A stretch of DNA of 63,839 nucleotides, counting the filler, from Choristocarpus tenellus KU-1152 (Eukaryota; Protista; Phaeophyceae), in NCBI GenBank assembly GCA_964200185.2. It is 11 parts of 11 records of this genome, joined end to end, with 100 filler letters (N's around TTAATTAATTAA, not from the genome) between each part and the next. Parts side by side here need not be neighbours in the genome. Positions count along the whole stretch, not along the records: positions 23,002 to 30,776 come from CAXNAD020005599.1; positions 30,877 to 35,297 come from CAXNAD020014626.1; positions 35,398 to 39,930 come from CAXNAD020014118.1; 8 more parts are not named here. One strand, written 5' to 3'. Below the pieces are notes generated by a model, which had not been told where the DNA came from, ran no database searches, and saw nothing but the letters and a program-made list of their open reading frames with translations. The number at the start of each line of letters is the position of its first letter. The first letter of the stretch is position 1. This document shows positions 24,521 through 38,110 of this stretch, one piece after another. Made by a program: the position numbers and the translations under genes.

Positions 24521-27500
24521 CTATCTCTCCTCAAAGCACTTTTGTAAATTGCTGCCAGAGTACATCAACATCTCTGCACGTTGCTCTGCTGTGTTGTTCC
24601 AGGTTTGGTAGACATCATACTCACTCATCTCCTTCTTGTTCACACCATATATCTGGCCAACATTGGTCATGAGGGAATGAGAGAGATTGTGTGTGGAACG
24701 TTGAGGGAAACATCATGAGTGGTGTGTCAGGAAAGTGCAAATAGTCGGCCCAGTTTATACTGCTGGGCCCTCATACTCTCCCAGTCAATGTTTTCTCATT
24801 CTTAAAATATATGTATCTCAGTGGCAGTAGATATATTTTTCACCCAAAGCAGGTAAATCCCGGGGCAATCACGAGAGCTTTAAACAAAATCTACTTTCAA
24901 GAAACTTCACAAACAGAAACATGTCCTCCTTGCAATGAAATATTGTACAATAAGAAGTGTATTGGTGTATGTTAACAACAAGCGTCTACTTATGCATTCA
25001 CAGCTTGAAGCAGAAGATAAAAAAGGAGAAGCTTGTCCCATCTTGCATACTAGGAAGCAAAAACAGCTTCAGTATCCGATTTCAAGAACTTAATGATACC
25101 CATATACATTGTTATCTATTCAAGTAATTATTATTGAAAGGGCTTACATGAACACACAGGACACACTAAATTGGACAACACTATTTCACAGCCAAACCAA
25201 CACAAATCGGGAGAGAGTGGGCAAATACAGCATTGACAAGGGACATAACACTTCCAAGGTAAAGGGTCACAACTACCCAACTCAGGGGAAGGGTTACCTG
25301 AGCGCAGACAAATCCAACCCTTTACTCTAAAATAGTAAGCCTCACCTCAACATCCAAGGTTGACGGGAAAGGCAGTCTTGGGCAGGGATTGGGGGAGAAG
25401 AAAGTGGTAGCTCTGGACCAAGACTGGAACAACGTGTTGAGAGTTGACCTCGACAAAACCAGTGCATCTGCACAAAGCGCATCCCTAAGGTCTTCAAGAA
25501 AGCTGCGGTCCTGTCAGTGATTGGAGTAGCATGTACAAAGTTGTCAACGTCACACAGGGGGAATTCATGCCACAACATTAAAAACTGAATTTGACGACCT
25601 CCAGCAAAGAAAGTTGTTTTCCATCCAGCCCTACTATATTCTAGAGAACAGCTTTGCACCCTGCCTCTAGCTACTCCTTTCCTGTATGAATTCCTGGTTA
25701 AGTCATCAACTTGATTAGATTAGTAATGGAATGAAGTCATCCACTTACTATTATAATGTGCACATCAAATATCTTATGGGACAAAGACTCCTTCCACTCC
25801 CCCCCCTAAAAGGCTTACCTATAGTTTCTACTTATCACACTTACTGTAAGTATAATGTGACCCCCGTTTCACAATCCTTCCCATCATGGTTTTGTTCCTG
25901 ATACCAAAGATTGTTAAACAGAACATCAATAATTGAGGTATACACGAGATTTTAATTTCTTGCACTTCCTCACCCTGTCCATAACGTATCATAATATGTC
26001 TACAGTAGCAAACAACAATCATCGGAGAAGGAGACAAGGACAACAGAGTCAGGCCATTTGAAGAAATAGTAACAGTCTGACTCAACTATATGTTGTCAAT
26101 ACAAAGGCTAAGGAGGAGTGAATAAATTGTGTATCGGTACAAGCTAAAGCAAAACGCAATGCCATCGTCAAAAGCAACCCATAAGTGACAAAAGTGTTTA
26201 CTTCTGATTCCTGTTCTGCTTGTATGCACTCTTGGCTCCTGTCGGCATGAATGCACGTGTGCCCTCACAGTATGGAAGACGATGTTTTCGAGCGGAAATG
26301 CTCCAGCCTCCACCATCATCTTCGGCGTCTTCGCCACCGGCCCCAAAAATAGGTCATCATCTGCATGTGCTAAGATGGACACTCGACTCCAGTCTCGTGC
26401 ACCCAAAATGTCAATGTAATACTCCAGTGGTGGCTGTAAGAGGTTGAAGGCCAAGAGGAGAATAGTAGTAAGACTCCTGGTTGTTATGGGGTATAGGTGC
26501 ATTGAAGAGATGCTGAACAGAGGGGAGGGCAGGCCTTTTCACAACAGAGGACCTGCCTACTCCACTTTGCAAAAGCGGAGGTCAGCAATGAAATGGCAAG
26601 GGAAATAATAGCAATACATTGTTCATGGGGGGGCAAGCAAGGCTGTCAGAACTGTTGTAGGAGATTCTAGCACAATCTGGAAAGGATGAAGTGGAGAACA
26701 GGGAGGAGATTATCACATGGACAGTGTGGAAATGGACTGGACTTGGTCATGGGCCAAAAGGAGAAAAGAACCGCAGTCCTCTTTCTGTACCACCACAAAA
26801 GACAAACCTGACCATAGCCTGGGTGAGGGTCTTCGGAATAGACGTCTCCACTTCGAATGTGGATAACCAGGTGACCAGTGCCCTCCCCAGATTTGTCCTC
26901 CCTTGGCCCACAGGTGCTCGTGTTGACTGATGGCCCAATGTACATTGCTGCACAGTTGTTGATATCCTTTCTCATTAAGGGGTCTGACAAAACAGTCCCT
27001 GCCAGCTTTTTGGCACCTTCACTCAAATCTGACACAGGTTGTACAGAACAAAAAGGTCCGAAACACTTTCAAACACATTCTTATCGGGTTGTGCGCAGGG
27101 AATGGGTTGAGGGGTGACAGGGGACCACAATGCAAAACATTCTACCCATAGAGAAATGCCATATTTATCTAATGTTGTCCAAAACCCATGCATACACACA
27201 TACATACACACACAAGTCTTACGGTTCTCACACGCACAGCCACAGATCAGAGACATTTCAAAATGGTTTCATGTTTATCTGGTTGATTATATGCCAGGCG
27301 CAACAGCCCTTTTTCTCGACAAAGAGCACATCAGATCAATGACATTGTTCAACTTGATAAAACGAACAATTTGTGCAAACTTCTATTAATGTGGTTCCCA
27401 GTACGCTAGTGGTTTATTCTTAAAGAGCACACTACCTGTGAGCGCTTCAAAGAGCTTCAAAACATGTTAGTAATAGATCTCTCTCCATATATATATACAT

Positions 27501-29548
27501 GTTGATTGAAAAAATTGCTGTTTGTTACCTCAAGTTTTCTTGTGATGCATATACTTCAAATTTCCAGGCCTTGGACACAAATACCCCTGAAGAGATCAAA
27601 CAAGATCCACTGCCACAAATAGTCAGAAACAGTCACCGATAAGGGATTGTTATTAAACTCATACCAACTTATGGTTTTCTTACATTCAAGTCCACGCTTA
27701 TGCACCTTGCTTTCGTCACCATGGCTTGTTCAGTGATGAAATGTTTGTTTAATGTCATTCAAGATATGCGATCTCAACTGAGTTGAGTGCTTAACGCGCC
27801 ATTGCCTATAACATAGGACTGATGTCCTATTGATTTCGGTCCCATGTTTTGTGTATCTAGTCCTTTTAACTTACGCATTCATTTTACATGCAACAAGATG
27901 TGTAGAACAAATCCAAAACAAGATCGGTGAGACTGGATGGCTGGGTTGTGTCCTAATGTCTCGTGTTACAGAACCCCCCCCTCCCCGAGTCATACCACAA
28001 CCATACACCTCAAGTACCTTTAACAAAACATCATATTTGATCTCACGAAGGTATTAAATGGCAATCCTAATATCATTTTGCACCCTACCATTCAATGTGG
28101 TTGAGAAGAGGAAAGTCAAGGTCCATTGGACTCAGGGCACCCCTGCATTTCAGCATGAAATCCTTTGGAGCATCAGAAACAGGAGCTACAGAATACATGC
28201 TCTCACCAATGCCAATATACGAGGGGATCAGGAGGAAAGAGTGCTGCTCCTTGTGGCTACTCAGTTGAACATGCACAGGGTTGTTACCAACAGCTACAAC
28301 CATCTTTCCTATCAGCTTGCTGAAACAGTTCTGCAAAGGGATACAAAAACAAATTGAACAGTGATCATCCCTATCCTGTTAGGATCTACTGTGTCCAGTA
28401 GTATAACAGTAACGTTAGAAACCACAACTTCAATACGCACCAAGCTTTTGGAAGGCATCCATGCGTCCATGGCTGACATCCGGGCAAACACTTTCATCCA
28501 TTGAAACGTCATCAATGCTGTCAAAATGTGGGGCAGAGGAGAAATCAAACCACTGCTGTGAAGCCAAAAACATTCCAGGCTCATTTGTCTGGTCATCTGG
28601 AGGTAGAGTGACCTGCACATCATGGAAGGGCACAATGCACAAATTGAGGTTATTCTTGGGACCGTAATTTGCAACACTTTCAAAATATACATACGATAGG
28701 AAGGATCAATGAGGGCTAGGGTACTGCAATACAATATTACAAAGAGTGCGACACTAATAGTATCCTCCTTGGTGTGCCTTCTGAGAGGCAATTAGTTTGT
28801 GTAGAGTGTCATGCTGCTCAAGAAAAGCAAGCCCCATACCCCAAAAAATGTACTGTACTTGGTGTGGCAGGTAAGTTCCTGGTTTTTTGCTTGTTATTGA
28901 AACTAGATGATTCCATTTAAGCTTTACTCGTGCTGCCTTCTCTCAGCTTCCATTTCTACCTAAAATAATTCCTCCAATCACAAGATACCTACTGATTGCT
29001 CCCAAAATCATTGGGAGTGTGTGCCATCCAGCCTAACAATTTGGTGGAGTGGATGTACATGAACTATGTCAAAACAACAGGGCAATTGATGGTGTATTTC
29101 TGTTTTGAGGAATTATACATCAATCCTCATATCATGCCATCCAGCCCAACTCCAATATCTTAGTCCGGGGGAAACTATCAGTTTCCTGGATAAGAGCCCT
29201 AGTCAGTGGACCACCCCGAGGACGGTCCTACTCCTTCCCTCAGAGTCCTCACTAACCTTGAGTGAACAGAATGCCCCAAGAGTAACCTAGACCACACTTC
29301 AGAGAGGTGAGAGGTAAGATTGGTGTGGACTTTGCCTTTAAGGGACAGAGTCAATAATTACAGTGGCACCACAATGTAATGCACGTCAAATTACGTTCAG
29401 CTGCTTGTGGTGCATGCCCTTAGTTCTAGGTGCCTCTCAAGCATCTCACAATGGAGACTATGGTTTAGCTGCCTTGTCTTTGCAGCATAAGACCCTTGGT
29501 ACTCCACAGACGACAACCAACATTTAGTTACTGGTTCTCGGCAGACAT
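24521..29548 (-). pseudogene. Multi-exon GT11-like (alpha-1,2-fucosyltransferase-like) glycosyltransferase with lesions
   Basis: Exons: ~29548-29473 (PRTSN*ML...CCKDK), 28612-28441, 27586-27529, ~27079-26808 (LVIHIRSGDVY..PHPGYGQ), 26433-26269 (PPLEYY), 25510-25346 (DRSFLEDLRDALCADALVLSRSTL) and 24652-24521 (WNNTAEQRAEMLMY...*). The motif order matches GT11 GRLGNQM / HVRRGDY / DLxLxxxCxxxIxxxSTF. One TAA and one +1 frameshift (~27060) are needed. Confidence 0.7.
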
Positions 29549-32500
29549 CTGTGGCACATGCAACCAGGAGCTCGCAGGCAATGATTGAGGCTCCCCTCCT
29601 TATTCCCCAGAGATTTCTGCACCTCGTGATGTCTTACCACCCTGCCATCACTAGCAAGCTTCTTGCCGCTCCAGTGATTGCTTGGCTTGCACTCCCTCAC
29701 TTGGTAGTCAGGTCACGACATACACCCACTGTTATTGAAAGACATTGTGGTTGCATGGTGGGCCAAGGAAGACCGACGAGAGGGGTACATCAACCACCTT
29801 AAAAACACCAAAGGGCAGCTATAGAACAATTGTGAGATATTAATGGGACACGCATTATGCAGCATTTTCCTTCAATAGATATCATGTATTGATTTTGCAA
29901 TCTCATGAGCTGGAGAAGCAAAATCCGATTCACTGAAGTTTTTCTGGGGGTGATCCTTGGTCTTCCCACCTAGAAATAGTGACATGAATCGTTTTATTAA
30001 CTTATTGCTTGATGTCAGAGTTGTTGTGTGCTGTTTTTGACAAGCACGATCCGATCATCATGATTGATAACATTAAAACTGTTCATGAGGATAGAAGGCT
30101 TTGAGATATCTTTCACCAGATCTTTTGCTTTTTAAACAAAAGCCAAATATCGGGCAAGAGGTAGAGCCAACGGAAGAAATTCAAATTTATCTTGATATTC
30201 TGAATTTCTCGTTACAGTAGTTGAATCAGCCAAGTAAGAAAAGCACAAATGAAAGATGTGTAAGAGACTGACGCTGGAAATCGTTTAGTATTTATTGCTC
30301 CATCACAAGGTCTAGTAGGATACCACAGACTTGCTTTAACAGAGACTCATGGTAGAGAAACTATGAGTGTAACACCCAACCCAGGATTGGTTCTGAGGAC
30401 TGGTATTTGTGACAAGGTAAAGAAAATTTGACACATAGCAAATCACAGCAAAAAGCTTGTGCACAACTGGGGTGTGAGTCCAAGGGCAAAAAACAAGAAC
30501 CGCAGATGATAATGTACTGATATTGGCATACAAAAGCATAGACACAAATGCAGTTCTTCACACTACTTAATATACGGTACATCTAACAGGGGATCCTCAA
30601 ATTGAGGATGGCGCGGGACTATGAGGATGGTTGTTTTGCGAAAACGGTCTTTAAAAAGTACCGAAAGGTTTTTGTTTTCGAAATGACCTTTTTTTGGAAA
30701 TGTTTCGGCACTTTTTAAGGGTCCGGATATATTTTTGTTCAAATATTACGGTACTTTTTGTAGAGGGCATCGCTACNNNNNNNNNNNNNNNNNNNNNNNN
30801 NNNNNNNNNNNNNNNNNNNNTTAATTAATTAANNNNNNNNNNNNNNNNNNNNNNNNNNNNNNNNNNNNNNNNNNNNAAACATGGGAAGCCAAGCCCCAAA
30901 TGGACAAACAGGGCAAGACTCCTACCCTCTAAGATACTTTCGCTCGACAAAAAGATTCGTCCATTTACCTGTGAAGTACTGTACCTCTGTTAGTTAACTT
31001 GATAACCGCCATTTTCGTTGGTTATCAGGATATTGATACATCACAGGCATCCATCTGTGAACCTCATCACCAGCCTACAGACCTGTCGATTGGAGCTACA
31101 TATCCGGCTAAGGTAAACTGTGGAGCATTTGTAACAGTTGCGTTCCCCCTGATTGTAGTAGCCCAGAATGTAAGCAATGCACACCGACTTAATTTTGGTT
31201 TGTAACTCTGTTTTGTCTGCAATTATATGTCCCAGTGATGTCTGTAATGCGTGATTATGGTGATGAGTTTAAAGGGTAGAGGTGTAATCTGCATAATTTA
31301 TTTCACAACTCTGAGCTGATCGAGGATAAGGCTGTTTGAATTTGTCAACAATGAGGCTGTTCATGTTTTTTTTTTTCTGGAGAACGAAGGGTGTGATGTC
31401 TTGCCTTTTGCCTTTCAATGTACCTACTGATACGGCACAATCTTTCCACAGTACCTGGAACTCTGAATAAAACAAGATACGGCGTTTTCAATCTGAAGAA
31501 AGTCCACATATCTTTTACTCCTACGGTTGCTTCTGCGACATAGTAAGGGCACAAACAACGTAGTGCTCCTTCCCTGTGTTAGGTAGGCTTTCCCTGCTTA
31601 TGCCACCCTTGAATATGTCATGAACAGCATGCTAGAAGTATTTTACAGCAGAACACAACTGTCTTTTCACTTCCGGCTATTCGCAAGGTTAAATGAGATG
31701 ATGGAAATTCTATGTAGAGATAATAGTAGAGATGGAAAGGAAAACAATAAGTGATCTTCGTACTACATAAATCAACGAAGATAGATTCTGAATGTAAGAA
31801 GCACAATTCGAACGGCCCTCTCAAACTCGAGCTAGGTTTCAAAATGGGCCTACGAAAAGAGGAGACCACATTTTTTCTGCTGCAGGTGGTTGAGCGTGCG
31901 AGCCACAATGTTATGAGCGGAGGGGATGCATAATATCCACGTAATGACGTAAAATTTGTGGGTAACTCTCATACCTCCGAAAAATCAACACTTGCATAAC
32001 ACAACTTAATACGTCAGAGTGTTATAAACAACATTGTCCAGGTAATGGACTTCACAGGGTGAATGACTCAGGTGTTGTTTTAGGCAGCGGGCGTTACAGA
32101 CCAATGGGGTCAAGCATTTGGACATTAGGCAATGTAATAGAGCAAATGGCGCCAAGCGCTGCTCTGACAGCAGATTCGTTAAATTTGTTTACTTTGGAGC
32201 CATCATCAGTGATGATTATAATATCACTACAGAGATCAGCCAGCAGGTGGATCCAAACAGCCTGGGCCTGCCTCTGCAAGTACAGTCAAGTGCTGTATGA
32301 CAGAACCACAGGTGCACCATTTGAGCACGAGATTTTATGCCGAAGGCTGAAGTGCTTGAAGTCTTGTTGTATGGTTATATGTCGTGGACAATCTCTCAAG
32401 TCTACATTGTCAACCTCCATTCCCCATATCCCAAATCTTACTGCGATGCATTGGATTTCAAAAACAGAATCACTGATCAAATTCTGTGATACAAATATGC

Positions 32501-34116
32501 CCTTGCGGAGACTGGGTTTAAGTATCAAGACAACTGTGCAAAAACGGAGGCTCTTATTTGCAAGGCCAACTGCATGCATGGGGGATGAATGACTACCAAA
32601 GACATTGACGTTTGGAGAAATTGTGGACTTAATGCGGAAGTAAGGTGGACAGGAGAAGCACTGGTGGATACGTTTGCAATGGTTAAAGGGTGGCATAGAT
32701 GAGGTCAAACTTCAACACTGGTGCTACACCTGTGTGGTCGGTGGAGTCAACCACTCAAGTGCTTCTGTTATAACATGCTCCAAAGCTTACCCCCACGGAA
32801 TGTATAGCCCCAGTCCACAAGCCTATATGTAGATGGTGCTGATGCACGTACAGGAATTATGAGGTACACCGATAGACTGATGTCCAGCGAGGATGGTAGG
32901 TATCAGGTCAGCAGATGAAGATATAGTTATTTCAAAGTGGATGTACGCCAGACAAAAATCAAGAACTGAAGCGCGTGGGCAATCTCAAATCATGGAATTC
33001 GTCTTATCCAGTTTTCAGACATGGTAATACATCTAAAAAATTTTACTTTATTCTATCTTCCAGATTTTACACTGTAACAACAGCGAATTGGACTTCCCAC
33101 TTTAGAAGGTCGGCGCGCCCGCTTTCTGCTCGTAATGGTTAGAGCGCGAAAAGAAATCCTTGGGCTACTTTCCTGTAACACTTCATGGACGTGTAGTATG
33201 CCAGTGAAGCCGTGGTAGTTGACGAGCATTATCTAAAACCAGGAGCAATGACAGCATGTGCAGATTAGGGTGCATGCGCACTCACTCACCAATGGCTGTT
33301 GAATGTCGCTTTTCTCTGTGATCTCTCTTCTTTGTATCTCGATTTTGGGGTAAGTGCTTAGTTTTCACCCCCCTCTATTCTCCACTTTTCGTTTGTTTCT
33401 GTTTGTATTCATAGCATTGTGTCATTAGGTGTCCTCCTCCAGTATCTTTTTCACCACATGTTTGGACTACTGAGACTAATGTGAATGATGATGATAAATA
33501 ATAGTTAGGTATTAGTGTGTAATAATTATCACTATCTTCACTTCGGTCTGGAGACTGTCCTGACCCGTGATCAGAGGCACTACTTACTGTACTACTACTC
33601 AATACTAACTACTTTAACCACAAGTTTCGCTACTGCTAATTGTACACCCAACCATTGCTTCTAATGTGTTGGGTTCAGCCATCCCATTGGTCATCACTCA
33701 ATCTCTTCCATCGAATCTTGTGCTGGACCTGGCTCGGCGTCCCTCGGCAATTAAGAATACCGCGTTATTCTTGGCTCGGCGTTTTTGTGGTGCAGGGACG
33801 ACAGATAGGATGGTATAGATATACGATCCCTAGTCCTTGGTATATGGGCTTTGGACAATCCAATCCAGATTTTAATGAGCACAAGTCTGGTATCGATGGG
33901 GGACGGACGAACTGGCAAGATTAATGCAGATTGAAACTGAGACACGAAAATACTCCAAAAAAGAAGGGAAAGAATCGAGCAACTACAGTTGGTGTATTGG
34001 AAGGCCTTTATTGTAAGCAATACGCACACCCTGTTATTTTGTTTGTATTATTGTATTATCTGCCTTGTGTATATGCTACTTCTTGTTGTCTCTATGACAA
34101 CATCTGCAAAATATCT

Positions 34117-34375
34117 GAGTGAAAGTATCTTAGAGGGTACGAGTTTTACCCTGTTTGTCCATTTGGGGGCTGGCTTCCCATGGACTTTTTTTATGACATT
34201 CTCCTACTCCGAGTAGATGAAATGTATACGTTTTGAAGTAGGTATCATGTATGTGTCCGGAACAAGGATAGTGACTCTTACTGACAAACACGATAGCCAA
34301 AATTACATCAAAATCGCAACATTGGATTTTGACCCTCAAACGGACTTGACTCTATCCTCTAAGATACTTTGACTC
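34117..34375 (+). mobile_element. MITE family A full copy, TSD ATCT
   Basis: GAGTGAAAGTATCTTAGAGGGTA...AAGATACTTTGACTC flanked by ATCT on both sides. Confidence 0.9.
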
Positions 34376-34993
34376 ATCTATGGGTCTAGCACTACATGCT
34401 GTCAAATCCTGTAGGAGTGTGTGTGTGTTATTTGTGGAAGAACATGGGAATTTGAGACCATCGCGAATATGAGTGGGGAATAGCGAGGATTATATGGGAA
34501 CAATAAATTGATGTATGTCACTTGCTGGAGGAGTTGTGGGTGACCAACCCAATCTAGGCACGGTGATACCTAGGTCTGGTAAGAAGCAAGCAGAGTTAAC
34601 CTTTTTGGGGTCGGGGGAAAACTGTTACAGGGTGGAAGTCTCGGTGAGACCTCCATGTTACAGCACGCTCCAGAACTCACCTCCACAGGATGTGTAACTC
34701 AAATCCAACGACCTTAAAACAACACTATGGGGGTGTTGCCTTTGATAATAGTTTATTGGGTGTCAGACAACCTTCTCTCGATACTCTGCTCAGTGCGTAG
34801 CTCAACTCAATGTTTCGTTGAAGATAAAAGACTGTTTTAAGAGGGGTGATGGTTTTGACCAAAAGCCCTTTTATTATTTTCATCATTACGGAACATTAGT
34901 CCAAGAGAAGAATCAGTTCATCTTCTTTTAACCTTTTTCCCAATCACGATCTCAATATCTCAATATTTTAAAACTATTTACTTCAAAGGAAAA

Positions 34994-35064
34994 TGCGCCA
35001 GCCGGGAATCGAACCCAGGCCACGTGAATGGCAATCACGTATTCTACCACTGAACTACTGGCGC
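34994..35064 (-). tRNA. trnG-GCC: tRNA-Gly (GCC)
   Basis: GCGCCAG TAGTTCAGTGGTAGAATA CGTGA TTGCCAT TCACG TGG CCTGGGTTCGATTCCCGG CTGGCGC A forms a full cloverleaf with A and B boxes, followed by a TTTT terminator. Confidence 0.97.
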
Positions 35065-36179
35065 TTCCTACTGTTAAACGTATTATCAATATTCCTTTTA
35101 TACTGAATAACTATATAAATAAGGCAAGTATCATCCTCACATAATACTTTGTTACATGAATTCGCTATCCAAATCAATTAAGTTCTATTAACCCCCTACC
35201 CCTACCCCCACACCCCAACCGACCTCACCACCTTCCCCAATCCAACCCATCTCACCCCACCTCCCACCCCAGTCACCACCCCCACCACCACTACCCANNN
35301 NNNNNNNNNNNNNNNNNNNNNNNNNNNNNNNNNNNNNNNNNTTAATTAATTAANNNNNNNNNNNNNNNNNNNNNNNNNNNNNNNNNNNNNNNNNNNNATT
35401 ATCCATCCAACGTATGCAACCAAATCACCCATACTCTCGACATGAAACAATTGGCCCCAAATGGACAGCCGCCACCCCCCCCCCGGATACTTTGAACCTG
35501 ACACAGTAGGGAGCGATGCCACTGGTTTGAAATTTGTGGCTCTCTCTACGACGGATCAGACTCCTGTGGATAGGCTGAGGTGGGAAGTTGTGAATAGGTG
35601 GGTGTTCAGAGGTCTCAGGTTGTAGGTCCACTGTCCATGAGTCAAAATGTTAAACTTTTCACAGTCCCTCGGATGTTTGCGTCAACTGTTAGGATAGCCC
35701 TCTGCTTATTTGAGTTCACTTTTGGCTAGGAAGGATATCATGTGCTTGTAACAATCCTCAAGCTAGTTGTAGGACCAGGTTAGTGGTAGCGTAGATGAGA
35801 CAACAGGTTGAGATCATGAACAAGAGACTTTCCAGCTGCATTGTACTTCAAAGTATTTGATAGAAAATGTAGGCGATAGCTTGGGCACTTCCTTTCCCCT
35901 AAGACTTCCCCGACTCGAAGGGATGGAAATATCTGGGAGGGGGGGGGGGGGAACACCAGGGTATCCATTCGGGCCCTGAACAGGAAAAGTGTACTTACAT
36001 TATGCATGCAAGCAACCAAATCACACAAAAATCGCGACATGGAAAAATGGCCCCCAAATGGACAACTGCCACACACACCCAGATACTTTGAGTCAAGCCT
36101 TTTATGTTTTGGCACAATACTGCCGAACCTGGGGTCTAAGCAGGAGCAGCCAAATGCCAGTGAGCACCCGATCCCAGGT

Positions 36180-38110
36180 GGACTCAGCATCACAAAAAAG
36201 GAATTATTATCAGCAAGGATTAGCACCAATGTTATGTTGTAGTTACTAGGATGTTACAATTCCTCCCTTACGAAAGGCGCAGCAGGGTTTTGGACTGGTA
36301 AGGAGGGGAAATTTTATGGCGGCCAACACGTTGGTATTTTCCACTAGGTCAGAGACCTTGAGTATGAGAGCTTCTACATATCCTGAACAAGTTGTATGTC
36401 AGATGTCACTCCCAGTTTTTTTTCATTCACATGCTTTTAAGTATTCATTATCCATCGCCTCTTTCCCACCCTATGCAGCTGTGGCAACTGCTTGAAAGAC
36501 ATTGCCTTGTCAATCCCCCCGGTTTACATTTTTCATTTCCACTATTGGCTAGAGTCTCCCACAGTCCGTCCCTATGTACTCACCTCTCAGCCCCACATGA
36601 TGAAAAAAGAGTCATCCAATAATGGTGAGATTATCTTGCTACTCCTAAGTACACCTATAAATGACAGAGGAGGGGCCACGCAACTTGCAACTCACGTCAT
36701 CCTGGTCCCTGTATACCAAACTACCCATCCTCAGAAAGACGATTACAACAGTAGCTACTGCAAACAATGCGCACATGAGAACATTGGGTTGACAAAGGTA
36801 ATTCATATTTGATAGGATCTTCGGCCTGGAGAGGGAGAGTGTTCGTGTTCACCCAGCTCAGTGAAGGGGATAATATAGCAAGCGTTGCTCAGGTCCCAAG
36901 AAGTCATTTATGGTGAATTGAACAGGGGAATGGTAACCCATGTTTTCAGGTTGTCTGGCTTACTAGAAGTACCGACTCCCCCACCTGCTGTAATTCGAAC
37001 CATGCTTCAGTGTTTTTGGGAGAGAGCAAGTAGAGGATGATGGGACTGGCTTTGAGGCTGACCCATCATTCGTTTCCTTCTTGCCAAATTTGCCTCTTTA
37101 ACATAGGACTGATACTGCACCGTATATATTTGAACTTTAAACTTGCTCAAGTTTTTTCAATCTGACCACTTCTTCTTTCTTCTGCTCAGGTATCCTCAAC
37201 TGTAGGGACCCACTTGGGAAAATATTCAAAGTCAATGAAAACATATGTTGAAACTGCTCTCGACTGCTTCTTGTCCCCCCCCCCCACACACTCCCCTCCT
37301 CATCTAGACAATCTCAAGAGAAAATCCCCCTGTGCTCCCCATTGTTCCAAACAACCACTTCAGGGGAAGAGCTCTTTGTGCATGGCAAGTTGGTATGCCA
37401 GTAGCGGCAGCTACTCTCTCTTTGACTACTCTTCAGCCGAACCGGGAGAGGCAAGGCGGATGACTTAGCAATGTCGGCCCACAAGATTGTCGCCTTGTGC
37501 CCAGATTTGCTAAAATTTTATTAAGGCATTGAAGATGCGGAACCTGTACTCGACCATTCAGGGAAATATACAAGTGAGCGTATAATGAGTGAACAGGTCG
37601 ATAGAATGGGCAAGTCTCAAGGGGTATAAGGATGGATGAGCATTTGATTTCTTCATATGTGATCATCTCACTCATCATCGCATTCACAAACCCACAGAAG
37701 GACCATAGGTGGTCTCGTTGAACACACAAGACTAGTGGAGAAAAATGATGAAGCGTTAAACAGAAAAGCCCAGAACTGTTTAATTAAAATACTAAATAAT
37801 GGGGAGGAGCAGAATGCTCTCCAAATACATATCTGTACTTTTTCTATTGGCGTAAGTCTCCCCCAACGGGATGCTGAGTCACACTATTGCAATGGCTAAT
37901 AATTGCCCCTTGACAATTTGCACCAAACAACCGGAAAATCTCTGTTTCTTATCTCATACAGACATTGAAGTTATGGTGTCCTTTATTGAGGTGTGCATGG
38001 ATAAGATCAAGAACCTTCTTGCCCCTGATGCGGAACCACAACATTTCGTATTAGGGAAGACTGCTGCTTGTGCAGGCTCTTTCCTCATGGAGAACCTTAC
38101 TCCAACAAGG
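36180..38110 (+). pseudogene. Kinesin motor-domain relic
   Basis: Exon 37962-38109 reads IEVMVSFIEVCMDKIKNLL...MENLT (compare VSFLEIYMEKIRDLL). Upstream are a degenerate LLGCYNSSL...TGK (P-loop region, ~36240-36302, stop nearby) and GILNCRDPLGKIF (~37190). Confidence 0.5.

Noticed and set aside
27066-27079. In-frame TGA (ECV*KC) as possible selenocysteine in the GT11-like gene
   Set aside because: Including the 58-nt exon 27586-27529 and a single-T frameshift explains the region better. No SECIS element was identified.
30588-30776. CAGGGG-starting possible hAT terminus with subterminal repeats
   Set aside because: The contig ends, so no partner TIR or TSD can be verified.
32059-32592. 177-aa plus-strand ORF
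   Set aside because: It is probably the antisense shadow of the decayed minus-strand ORF and shows no recognisable motif.
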